DNA of 47,411 nucleotides from the NCBI GenBank assembly GCA_000320545.1, contig ADNK01002130.1:1-47411 (forward strand). The letters are read 5' to 3'. Below the pieces are notes generated by a model. That model did no database searches. It was not told where the DNA came from and saw nothing but the letters and a program-made list of their open reading frames with translations. Origin of the DNA: Bigelowiella natans CCMP2755. Lineage: Eukaryota > Protista > Cercozoa. Each line of letters starts with the position of its first letter. The stretch's first letter is position 1. Below, one piece after another: positions 1-11,521 of this stretch. A program made the position numbers and the translations under genes.

Positions 1-493
1 AGAAGTATCATCTTCTGATCTACAGCGGAGATACTGATGCGTGCGTGCCATTTGTCGGCACCGAGACCTGGACTCGAGAGCTCGGTTTCGAGGTGAAGGA
101 TGGGTGGAAGCCTTGGCTTGCTCAACACATGACACGACCAGGGTACGATGATCTATAAGCTGATTTCCATATTTCCTACTTCTGAGTATTTTGCTTTCGC
201 GCTGCTTCATTGTTTCGCATGTTCGCGTTTTCGAAATTCCCCACCCTCCCCCCCCCCCCTATCTCGTGCCTGGGTCTTGCTCCGTGCGTGCTGTCGCTGA
301 TTTTGGTCTATTCTTTTCTTGCGAACTTTTGGTACGTAGAGTGCAGCGGGCCGGCTACCGCATCAAATACGAGACGCCTCAGGGCGGCCAGTTCACGTTT
401 GCGACAGTGCAAGGTGCTGGCCACATGGTGCCGACTTACAAGCCGCACTTCGCCCTCACCATGCTGCAAAACTTCCTCAGCGGGGAGTTCTAA
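1..493 (+). CDS. Serine carboxypeptidase (peptidase S10, SCPL-type), 3' part. Exons <1-142 and 340-493
   Basis: The spliced translation reads KYHLLIYSGDTDACVPFVGTETWTRELGFEVKDGWKPWL...G|VQRAGYRIKYETPQGGQFTFATVQGAGHMVPTYKP...*. It contains the S10 catalytic Asp motif (IYSGDxD) and His motif (FATVxGAGHMVP). The GT-AG intron at 143-339 keeps the frame. Confidence 0.93.
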
Positions 494-1494
494 TTGTAGT
501 AGCGAGTCACAGGTCTAGAGATCCACGTTGCGCGCGTTACCTAGGCTGGTTTCCTATGCCGTCGTCGCACAATCACGATGCATGAAGCTCCTCTCTAGTT
601 GTCTCTAGGTCTGCTAGTTATGCTGCTGCAAGCTGTGCTGTGTTTGGAACTGTTATTCAAGTAATAACCCTGTGGACATTCGTGCTGCGCAGAAATATTC
701 CTGTAGGTATACGGTGAACGCCGTTTTTGTTTCCAATATCTGCTACATAGATGCCATCGCCTAGCAAAAGGCATGTTGCACGTCTATGCGCTGCTATGAT
801 GCGTATGCCAGTTGCATTCCATCTAAATGTTACATCATTTCAGTATCCACAAATGACAGGCATGACTACGCTAGTACGCATCGCACGATAGCTCATTCGC
901 ATCATCGTATCATTGTGGCTTGTGCTAGCCTGCATTAACTGGCATAATAATAAGTCTTATCTGTGTGCGTTTTTCAATGTTAGCGTGTGCTACGCATTCA
1001 CACCTATCTTGCTACTTGGCTGTAGTTCGTGTTTTCTGGGTCTCCATGTTTAGCCGCTCTGCCCATGGCTACATTAGCTACGACCATTGAAAATAGTGCA
1101 ATAATTTCATTGCACCCGTTTCATATGTAGTATATTCTAGATATTAGGATGGTCATTAATTAGTGATTTAACACATTTTATTCACTCATTATTGCACCCG
1201 TCTCATATATGGGCCATAATCACATCGCGCTTACAATCAGTGGCTGTCATCATTTGCTAGTTTGGTCGTGTCTCATACGTTTCATGTACGAACGTGGTCG
1301 CAGCATTCTCAACATATGCCAGTGATTTTCGCTTTGATGAATTAAAATAAGACAATCAATGGAGTATAAATTAATAATGATGCTTATGGGTGTCCAGCCA
1401 CCACGCACTTGCAAACATGAGCTGTGATAGGGAAAGCATGCGAAAAATACTCGTTGAATCAGAGTAGGCTTCGGTTCTTCCGATGACCCCCCAC

Positions 1495-1893
1495 TTAGCT
1501 TTGGAACAGAAATCGAAGATCCTCTTCTGTCAGCTGAGTGAGCGAGCTGGCTTTGGCGTCGATGGTGCCGGAGAACACAAGCTCTTTCTTTTGCTGGAGC
1601 TCCAGCATCCTGTCTTCGATGGTGTCCTCGGTGATGAAACGGACAGCTTGCACCTGCACGAAGAACCAAACGCCGCCGACAGGTTCTGTCAGATACACAC
1701 ACGCGCACACACACACACACACACACCTACACACACGTAGCCACCACCGCCCACTCTCTTCGGCTGCTTCGCTCATGCTACCTCTCGCGTCTGCCCGATG
1801 CGATGAGCTCGTTGGATGGCCTGCATCTCCACCGCGGGGTTCCACCAGGGGTCCAGGAGGAACACGTGGGAGGCCTATTGATGAAGGAGGGGG

Positions 1894-1954
<61 letters not shown>

Positions 1955-2062
1955 GGTAGCATTGTCACGAGAGAAAAAGCATGTTATGTCATCGTCATCT
2001 CATCACCATCATCACCTTAAAACCTAATCGCAGTTTTACTATCTTCGCGTTGAGGCAAACGT

Positions 2063-2104
<42 letters not shown>

Positions 2105-2780
2105 AAACCGCACTGCACACACGGCTTACTTCTTGCAAGTTGAGCCCCTCTCCGCCTGCTTTGAGCGACATGAGTATCGCTGCCACGGAAGAGTCCCCCC
2201 TAAAAGCCGCCAAGACGCTGACCCTCTGCTTCACGGACAAGCTACCCGAGAGCTTTACCGTCTTCAGACCCAACTGATGAGCAGCAAAACGGTGAATAAG
2301 AGGAGGAGGAAGAGATTGATTTGGATGCAACAGGGTATGGCGACAGACGATCAAAACTTGTTGTCCTCGTCATTGTTATCATCATCATCATTGTCATCAT
2401 CATCATCATTCCCGATTTCGTGTGCTCTCGTCACCTTATTGAGTCGCCATTCTACAATATCAAGCATTCCAGTGTATTGGGAAAATATGATAGCCTGATT
2501 GTAGCAGAGCAGCAACAACAGTAGGAGGAGGAAGAGAGGAGGAAGGATATGAGGGAGATGCTGAAAGAATGATTAAATGTATGAAGTACCATCAACCGAA
2601 GGGAGGGAGAGAGAGAGAGAAAGAGAGAGAGCGAATCGGAATTGTATCTTTAGAATCATTCAACATCTGTATAGGAGAATGCACATAAGCACTCTCATCA
2701 TTATAATTATTATCATAATTATCATTCTCATCCTCCTCCTCCTCCTCATCATCATCCCATCCTGTAGAACCATAGTTCCA

Positions 2781-2815
<35 letters not shown>

Positions 2816-2903
2816 CCACACGATCTATCGGCAACGCTTCACCTTGTGTTGGTTTGAAGCCTCTCGAATTTCCCGGATGTGTCGCATCAATGCATCGACC
2901 TGT

Positions 2904-2936
<33 letters not shown>

Positions 2937-3390
2937 GCTGAGAGTGCAGCTCAGATTCTTTTAACTCCCTCTCCCCCAATAAGTTATCGGCTCCATGAGA
3001 CATCTTCATCAAGGCGATAGCCTGCTGTTTTTACCTTCTTACGCATCCTCATATTTGTAATCAATTACATATCATTTATGTCTCCTATTAAAACGTTTAC
3101 GTGCTGCATTTGTAGCGGCACACGTACCTTCGAGCTGCTAGCAAACTCCTCCACTTTAACGCGATTCATCAGATTCTGGCGGCCAATGGCTATTTGCTTC
3201 CCTCCGCCTGCACTCCGGATGATCTACAGTATGCATTTTAGAGGAACATAAGAGGAAGAGGCAAGTGAAGAGAAGGAAGAAATGCCTTCTGATGTGAAAC
3301 TGCACCATCATACAGAATAACCTACGACGATGAGGACACCTCTTCTCCCCACCCCCTTAACTCTCTGTGTGTCTCTCCATCTTACTGCGC

Positions 3391-3429
<39 letters not shown>

Positions 3430-4222
3430 CCTCCCTCCCTTCCCCATCATTCGCTTCGATTCGTTTCAATGGCGACAGTTAGGCCCAACGAAAGCAAAGC
3501 GACCCCCCACCTTCTTGATGGGGGCGCGGCATATCGGACACGCCTTTTTGCCGCCCGCGCCTCCCTTGATTTTCTTCGCACATTCCATGCACGTGTACAT
3601 GTGCCCGCAGTCCATCAGCAACGCATCCATCGGCCTCTCGAGGCATAGAATGCAAGCCCTTTCCTCCACATCGCCCTTGCCATCATGACCACCTGTTGGG
3701 ATAGGAAAAGGGGGGGGGGGGGGGGTACGTAACATCACTTCAGGTGGAAGGAAGAGCGTGGTACGCGCAGGCGAGTGGGCGGTGTGTAGGAAGCAAAGAA
3801 TGAGTTATTTGTTATCACTTCGGCATCTTGAGCTTTCTGAAATCGATTGTGATCGTGAATGCGTCGTAGCACACAGGGCAGCTTAGATAGCCGGCGTCCT
3901 AACATCGCAGATGGGAGGGGGGGGGGGGGGGATGAATACGTTTCGTCATCGCATGCACTTCGACCGTATTGTCCAGGAAGATATGGGACGGAAGGGGCGG
4001 CAAACAACAATTTATTAACTCAGCGAGTACTTTTCCCACCATCACTACCCTACCCCCTCGATACTGACCTCCTTGAGTTTTCTCTGCGTGTACTCATGCA
4101 CGCACTTCCGGTGGAATGTGTGTCGGCAGGCGGACCCCACCACGTCTTTGGGCTTGATATCCTATGGGGGCAAAGTATACGTCAAGATGATATGTGCGCG
4201 TGTGTATGTGGTTCTGCATCAG

Positions 4223-4256
<34 letters not shown>

Positions 4257-4838
4257 GTTATCATCACCACTGCACGCAATATGTGCATGGTGTGCGTGCG
4301 TTTGCTGGATACATTTATGCACGCGCAACCACCCACCTCCCTGCAGATGCCGCACACGTCCGCCAGCCCCCTCGACCTCGTCGGAATGGCCGCAGGCTTG
4401 TTGCCTCGGCCATCCGATTTGGAGGAGCTGTTCTCGCTACCACCCGAAGCAGGAGCGGCACGAGCCCCATGAATCACAAGATACGGGTGGTCTACGGCCT
4501 GCGCGACGAAAGAGCAAATGTTAGTTAGTAGAGGAGGAAGCGGGTGCTTTCCCATAACACCGTCTCGTCAATGCGACAACAACGACGACGACGACGGTTA
4601 CGACTGCTACCTGTCTCAAGCGGGAGAGAAGATCAAAGATATGGGCGTAGTTGTGGAGCAGGGTGCCCTTGTCAACGTACGTATCGAACTTGGATCGAGA
4701 CTTTGTGGGGGGGGAGGGGGGGGGAGGAGGAGGAGCAACAGGAAGAAAAGGAAGAAAAGAAAGAAAAGAAAGAAAGAGAGAAGAATATTGGAACAAGACC
4801 AACTTAATTATCGCCAATATGCAATAGAATCCTCCTTT

Positions 4839-4892
<54 letters not shown>

Positions 4893-6241
4893 CTTTCTCT
4901 CTCGCTTCCCACACAAAACGTGTATTCGCTCTCTCGCAGCCCTGCTCCCGCCCCTCTTTCTTTCTTCAACTCCAACACATCTCTCCTAGACAGAGGCAGT
5001 AGCGCACCTGCCGATAAATGCAGTCATAAAAGTCCCTTTCACGCTCGTCCAAGCTGAGCTTCTCGACTTTGACTTTTAGTGGCGGCAGCTATAGACGGAA
5101 ACGTACAGGCAGGCAGGGAGGGGGAGGAGGATGAGAAGGAGGAGGGAGCAACGCATCATATATCGACAAATAACTATGCTGAAATAGAGCAGAACTGTGT
5201 CGAACAGAAAGCGCTCAGAAGCCCAGAAACAAACCTTCACGTCCTTAGCGCGCTCTTGCTTTGTGCGGCGCAGCATGATCCTATCGAGCACCTGGTAAAA
5301 GCAGCAGCTCGGTTAACATTTAGAACAATGAACTCATGAGTATTTCCGGCCTCGCCGCGCTTGTCGGTCGCGCCATGGCAGAGTGAAAGGGCAAACAACC
5401 TCATTTTTTAAAGTCATCAGCGCCTTGCGGCCATCCCCTGTGTAGCCATAGCGCTTGATAGGGTTGATGACCATCTTATTGAAGTACGAGTAGTGGCTCA
5501 TCGGGGGGTGCTGAGCGGGCGGAAAGGGCAAGAGGGAGAGAGGGCGCAGGCAAACAATGGAAAAAAGGGCAAGAGGAAGCTGCGAGTCAGAAGCGAGAAA
5601 AAGAAGTGAAGCAGACGGACTACCAGAGAACATTTAGTTGGCATGTGCTAATGGTCATCTTTTGTCGTCGTTGTCGTCGTTGTGGTTTATTTTCCCTTGC
5701 TTCTTACATTGCAAGTCGTGCAGCTCCGTTGCATGCGACCGAAATTCCACCGCTCAGAAACGCATTCGCAGCCCTAGGATTAGAGGGGGGGAGGGAGGGA
5801 GGGAGGGAGAGAGAGAAGAGAGACGCGAAGAAGCAGCACAGCACAGCACAGCACAGCACAAAGATATTCAAACGCGATGATGCGACATATGCTACACGCT
5901 CATTGCCCCCCCCTACGCATAGGTAGAAGAAACGGCTGGTCGAGTGATCGTGGTTTCAGAGGAGAGAACACGTTCATATAGAGACAAACAATATACCCAC
6001 AAATCTACGCATTCCTACTCTCCTTAACCGAAACCCCACCACCTTCTTAGCGCAGAAGTACTGAGAGAATTTATCCATTTTCAAGAAGCGGACGAGCGAG
6101 TATAACTCCCCCACGCGATTCTGTAGGGGCGTGCCCTGGAGGGAGGGGGAGAAGGGAGGAAGAGACCGGAGGAAGAGAAGAGAAAAATGTAAGTTTGCTG
6201 TTTTTTGTGTTGGTTTGATGCGCGTGTGCGTACATGTGCGT

Positions 6242-6275
<34 letters not shown>

Positions 6276-6794
6276 CATGCCCTTCTTCCAAATAGTAGTA
6301 CCGTGACACACCACTTAGTCTTGCTGTGAAGAGCATACACTGATTTAGCAGTGTTGTTTGTCCTCGCCTAACGGGGGAATGAAGGAAGGGGTGAAAGAAG
6401 AAGGAGGAGGAGGAGAAAAGATTACTCATACTTTGGCCTCTCTACCATTTTTATTCAGCCCCATCTCCCCCCATCTCTCCCCTTCCGCGTAACCGTGAAG
6501 GCTATTGATCCTAAGCGAAATTGCTGCTTAAATTGGCTCTACTGGGTTGGCACGACTTTCAATGCAAACGGCGACAAGCTACTCACACTCTTATCATATT
6601 CGCAGTAGAAATGCTTCGAAACCCTTCTCCGCCACAACAAATACACGAAGGAAGGAAGTCAGCCAACCTTAATCTTGTGCGCCTCGTCCAAGATTATTCG
6701 ACCCCACAACACCAGATGGAGAGCGGAACCCCTGGCCGCAGTAGTAGTAGTAGCAGTTGCAGTAGTCGTTCAGAATTATAAAAATACATATATT

Positions 6795-6828
<34 letters not shown>

Positions 6829-9800
6829 ACCCGAGAGATATCCCCTCGTCGTGGCACCAGCCGATATCACCCTCCTTAACATTCTTCTTGAAACGGCGTT
6901 TCGTCTTCCCTCTTCTACCTCGGCCCGCCCCTGCTGAGTCCTCGCCACTATCACTATCATCATCATCTTCGTTGTCATCAACGTCCTTGCCGTTCTTTCT
7001 CTTCTTCTTTTTCTTGATCGTCCTCTTCTTTCTTGTTTCCTTGCTCTGCTTCCTCGTGCCGGAGTTAGCCGCTTTTGATCCTGTTTGGGAAATAATGATA
7101 TTGGTGAGAATAATGATAATAAAAATGGAAATAATAATTGGAATGATTTAGATACAGTCAGAAAGATTGCATTGGTGCAAATCGAAGCCCTTTCACTGCG
7201 ACACGCATCGAGAACAAGCATGATCGTTATCGGTCCTCTCCAACAATGATTTGATTTGTGATGAATTTTGGACATCGTTATGCGTCATATCTCTATTACC
7301 ACCTCTTTTAGCCTTCTTGCCTGTGTTGGGTGGGGTATAGTTCTCCTCCTCTTCCTGCTCATAATCATCACCATCGTCGTCGTCGTCGTCGTCGTCCTGT
7401 CCGTCCGCTCCCTCTTCTTCATCGTCATCCTCATCCTCCTCCTCCTCCTCATTCACAACAAAGTCGGGATCCTTATCCTCGTCATCGACATCACGCCTCT
7501 CCCCCTTCTCTGCTTTTCCAGCAGCTTCGTCCTCATTCTCGCTGGAGTCATCAACGTAGGACACTACCCCCCTCGACGTTCGTGGGCTCCTTCGTAATAA
7601 TAAAGAGGGTGGGCACGGCATAGGCAGGGAAAGGGGCTCCTCTTCTTCCTTGTTCTCTGCCTCATCAAGCTCCTTCTGCTTCTGCTTCTTCTTCTGTCCT
7701 TTCTTCAGTCCCCCCCCTAGACTTCGCAATCGGCGAGCGGCCCTCTTCCTGGGTTTCGGCGACTCTTCCTCTCTTTCCCCCTTTTCGGCTCCTCCCCCTC
7801 TCTGCTCCTTTTTGACAATCCCATCTGCTGCGGCAGGGGAACCACCAGCACCATCATTGCGTTTTCCCTGCCTCCCTGCTTGTTCTTGGTCATCGTCGGA
7901 GCTGCTCCCAAATATTTCTTCCAGAGGGGGTATATCAGTTAGGGTCCCCTCCTTTAAATCACATGATGCCTGTTTGGTGCGTCGAGTAGGTGTGTTTTCG
8001 AGCGGGCCCTTTGCCACCTCATCGGCGTCTTCATCGCTCGTGGGAACAGATGTTTTCGGAGTCTTCTTGCGACTACTATTTGTCGTCCTAGCCGATCTTC
8101 TGGTCACAGAAGGAGAGGCTTTGGAGGAGGAGGAGGAGGAGGAGGAGGAAGCGTTTGATCGTTTCTTTCCGGAGGGAGCCGAAGATTTTGTACGCTTCAC
8201 CCGTTTCGCACTACGCGGTGTTGTTGAAGCCTTCTTATTTCTGCTCCTCCTCCGTTTCTCAATACTTTTCAGAATCTCCGCCTGGGCGGTGGGGGAGTAG
8301 TCCTCCTCGTCGTCCTCACACGCCATAAGCTGGAGCGACATCGCAAGTTCAGCGTCCCTCCGAGTCTTTTCGTCCATACCCTTGTTATCCTCCACGAAAT
8401 CCTCTGCGTCGAAGCTATCGTCTTGCGATGATTTTGATTGAGCAGCTTTCTTTCTTGGGGTGCTTTTGTTCGAGCCTCGCCGTTTCTTAGTAACCTTGGT
8501 TTCTTTCTTGCTCTTCTGAGACTTTCTCGAGCTGCTTGTCCTGCCCTTCTTGACCCGCTTCGTCGATTTCCCACCGACCTCATTGCCCCCCTGCTCTTCG
8601 CCGTCACTGTCACCGGCCTCCTCGATCTTTTTTTTGGGTCGTCCTCGTCTCTTGTTGGCCCTGCCTGTCTTCTTCTCGTTCACTTCCTCGTCGGCATCTT
8701 TTAAGCTTCCCTTCGTCGCAGATCGTCCCCGTCGCTTCTTCGGTGGCGGTTTCTTTACAACATTTTCCTTCTCTTCTTCTTCTTCTTCTTCTTCTTCTTC
8801 TTCGTCATCGTCCTCGGAAGGTATCTTTCTCTTCTTCGCGTTCTTTCCCTTAGATCTTCCCCGTCGTTTTGTCAGCGGTGCTGATTTTTTCATGCCTGTT
8901 GCTTCTTGATCATCATCATCATCGTCATCGTTCTCCTCATTATCATCGTCCACTCGATCATCATTGTTCTCCTTTTCCTCCTCTTCGTTCTCCTCTTCAG
9001 TGCCGTCCTTTCCTTCTCGTGGCTCCTGGCTGCGGGGAGCCTTCTCAAACCATGGTATTGGATCCCGATTTGCCTGGGATATAATTTCAGGAAAGAACGG
9101 TATCAAATTGCAACCCATCATTATTATTTGCAGCGGCTATACCTGCGACATGATTTCTCGGTATATATTTGAAGGGGTCGGGACGTTGGTGCCAATCCGA
9201 AGCGTCTTCATAGCTTTTTTCAGCGCCTTTTTGGTCATCTTTCAATAGAAATTGCAATAAATGTCACGTCAGTGCATAGGACGACAGGGAGTGAGCTTAG
9301 GCTAACAATTCTCACACCTTTCGAGGGTTTCTTTTCTCAGTTTTCGCCTGCTTCGCAGTTCTCTTTGCATTTGGTCCGCAAAAGTAGTAGTTGTGCGACT
9401 TCAGCGTTCTCGGCAAAAACTGGAATATTTGCAAATACACCATTGGCAAAAAAGACATCATTTTGGATCATGATGATATCGGCCAGCTAAGATTGGGTGT
9501 TACCTTTCTTCCGCAGTACTTGCAAGCCACCTATGTGTTTTGAAGAGGATAGCAATAAGTGACATTTTTGATGAAAAGCCTCGGTCTCAGAAACGCAACT
9601 TAGAGACAGCTATGAGATATAGTTAATGTTAGGGAAACAACCTTGTGTTGATCGAGAATCCTTCGGAACTCATACTCGAGAACACTGTATGTCGTGAGGA
9701 CCTGGTGATGTAAATCACAGAAAAAGACAAGATTGTTTACGAGAAGAGAAAATGTATCATTAGGGTTAGGTTGATCAACAAACAGCCACCCTAACTTGGT

Positions 9801-10856
9801 CAATAACATGCCCAATCTTTGAATAAATTGGGATCCTCACTCGCAAGCAATGCTCGAAACAAAATCTGTGTAGTACCACGTCAAATTGCATCAAGAAGTC
9901 CACGTCCACCAAGTGCCTTTTGGCGTAGAATACAAACACGGAAAGTGCATTCTCCGTCGTACGTGATCTGATTTCTTCTTCCCATTGCATCATGGCGGAT
10001 GTTGGACAAACTATCAGAGTTGGCCCGGAATTAGATTTTCTTTCCAGCTTTCCGCGTGGTTTTTGTGCAACGATCAACGATATCATCTGCAAAGTCTTCC
10101 CCATTCCCATTTCATCAGCAAGAATGCCTCCCTGCAGCAAAATTAACAAATAAAGTTGATATAGCTCCAGATTTGCGAGAAAACAACGTCGGCACCTTAA
10201 TGGGCGAGGATTCTTGCTCGATCATCCAGCCTAGGCCCTCTTTTTGGTACGGCAGCATCTCGATTTTGAGCTGAGACGTGGCAGGCACGCATGCATGTTA
10301 GTTTCCGGATTATCTTGCTCCCGCTTCCAAATTCGTGTACTAATTGGACAAAATTTCGAAAATGAATGCGGTCGACAAACCTCTTTAGGTTGCTTGGCAG
10401 GTTTGAGTTCCTTCTTCGCCATGAATTTAGGGTCCTCGGGATCTACAGGCTACATATTCGAAATACATTCGTTCAGCACTGGCTTATGTCGGGTCTGAAT
10501 TTGCAAGCAAACCTTTAGATGTTCGGGGACTTCTGTCTTGAGGACTTCTTTTCGTACCTGTTGCAGCATTAAATGTCAAATGAGAGAATGACTCAAACAT
10601 CCGGTCCGTCATAAACCTCCTCTTGTTCGCTTTTAGTTAGTGAGTCCAGTCCGTAGATGTGCTTATCAACGTCACAACTCGATGGATCTTCCAGACGAAC
10701 GCATCTTAGGTGCTGCCAAGATGAAATCCAGCCGTGGGTGCCGCCTCTCCATTTGATTGGCGCCCCAACTCGAAGCTCACCTTTGGGAATCGACTCGCCG
10801 CACTTCCTACATTTTGCTCGCCCACTCTTGCTGTATTCTACCATCAATAGATGCAT
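1495..10856 (-). CDS. RAD16: RAD16-like SNF2-family ATPase / RING ubiquitin ligase, multi-exon. Carries an N-terminal PARP-type zinc finger, a C2HC finger insert, a ~650-aa charged low-complexity insert and two RING fingers. The start could alternatively be ATG 10931 or 10844
   Basis: Exons in order: [26 protein letters not shown] (motif I), [32 protein letters not shown] (motif II), [55 protein letters not shown] (characteristic of Rad16), RING fingers, [83 protein letters not shown]...[12 protein letters not shown]. Confidence 0.93.
3529..3654 (-). other. Second RING finger (C3HC4, IAP/MDM2-like) within the RAD16-like gene
   Basis: [29 protein letters not shown]...CPICRAPI. It lies downstream of the first RING (CGIC...CRHTFHRKC...CPVC, ~3869-4354). 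Confidence 0.85.
6870..9075 (-). other. Large D/E/K/R/S-rich low-complexity coding insert inside the RAD16-like ATPase lobe 1, with AT-hook-like and NLS-like motifs
   Basis: The open frame at 7193-9121 (642 aa) has poly-E/D and poly-S runs and KRRGRPKKK / KRRGRS motifs. It is flanked by helicase motif Ib (VLTTYS) and motif II (DEAH) exons. Confidence 0.8.
10617..10856 (-). other. PARP-type zinc finger (zf-PARP) exon at the N-terminus of the RAD16-like gene
   Basis: [26 protein letters not shown]...WQHLRC matches the zf-PARP consensus (EYAKSxRxxCxxCxxxIxKxxLR...WxHxxC). It splices in frame to [15 protein letters not shown] and onward into the ATPase. Confidence 0.92.
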
Positions 10857-10909
10857 CTTAGAGGGATCCTCCCTTGGTAGAAGAGGTCTCCAGTGCCCAT
10901 CAGCGACGG

Positions 10910-11381
10910 TCAACAGGCAATTGTGCGGCATCCTCGCTCAGGCCTCGTAATGTTCTCGAGCACGACGTTCACGGGATCAAAAGGGGCACGAAGTGTCTGT
11001 CAGAATAGAGAAGTTTTAGATGACGCAGTACGAAAAAGGCCTACATTTTACTTTTTTCGTAAAGTCAGGAAGACCTTCTACGTGTGCTGCGCGACGGGCT
11101 GGTGACCATAAGTTCACTTTGTTGTCGTACTCTTGTAAATCCATGTGGATTTGAGGATAACTGACGCACATTTGGGGTAAAACGTGATCGTTCTCCTCAT
11201 TGAATGAAACGCGTCGCTTACTCGCGATAAGTGCTCGTCGCACCTGGGGTTCGGCCATCTCAATCTCCTCTTTCACACAAACGTTTTCCCGCCAAATTAT
11301 GGTAGCTTTGACTCCCGATGTGTCATGGAAAGAAGCTGACGGGACTGGGTCGCTCGTTTGTGTGTCGAAGTCACAAATCAT
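10910..11381 (-). CDS. Possible small two-exon ORF (~140 aa) directly upstream of the RAD16-like gene, or its unresolved 5' extension
   Basis: ORF MICDFD...KRRVSFNEE...LPDFTKK ends at a GT donor. It joins a CAG acceptor near 10996 in phase 0 to give TLRAPFDPVNVVLENITRPERGCRTIAC*. No recognisable domain. Confidence 0.3.
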
Positions 11382-11521
11382 CAATATCTATTTTAGATAT
11401 TTATGGGATAATATTTGTCCTAAATCTTTCTCTATCCCACTGCGCCAAGAGCGCTGGACTTCTCCTTGCCCTAGCCCGTGATCGTATATCCGAGCGGTGC
11501 GAGCTCGTCTGGGGGTTACTG
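11382..11521. promoter_or_regulatory. Putative short bidirectional promoter between the RAD16-like locus (-) and RecQ (+)
   Basis: The genes diverge across a short AT-rich gap (11385-11430). Inferred from position only. Confidence 0.4.

Noticed and set aside
1250-3020. ORFs with [12 protein letters not shown], poly-I or poly-N runs (and many similar ones across the window)
   Set aside because: They are translations of intronic microsatellites or off-frame exon fragments.
7268-9248. Long + strand ORFs rich in Ser/Phe/Leu/Ile
   Set aside because: They are antisense shadows of the low-complexity RAD16-like exon.
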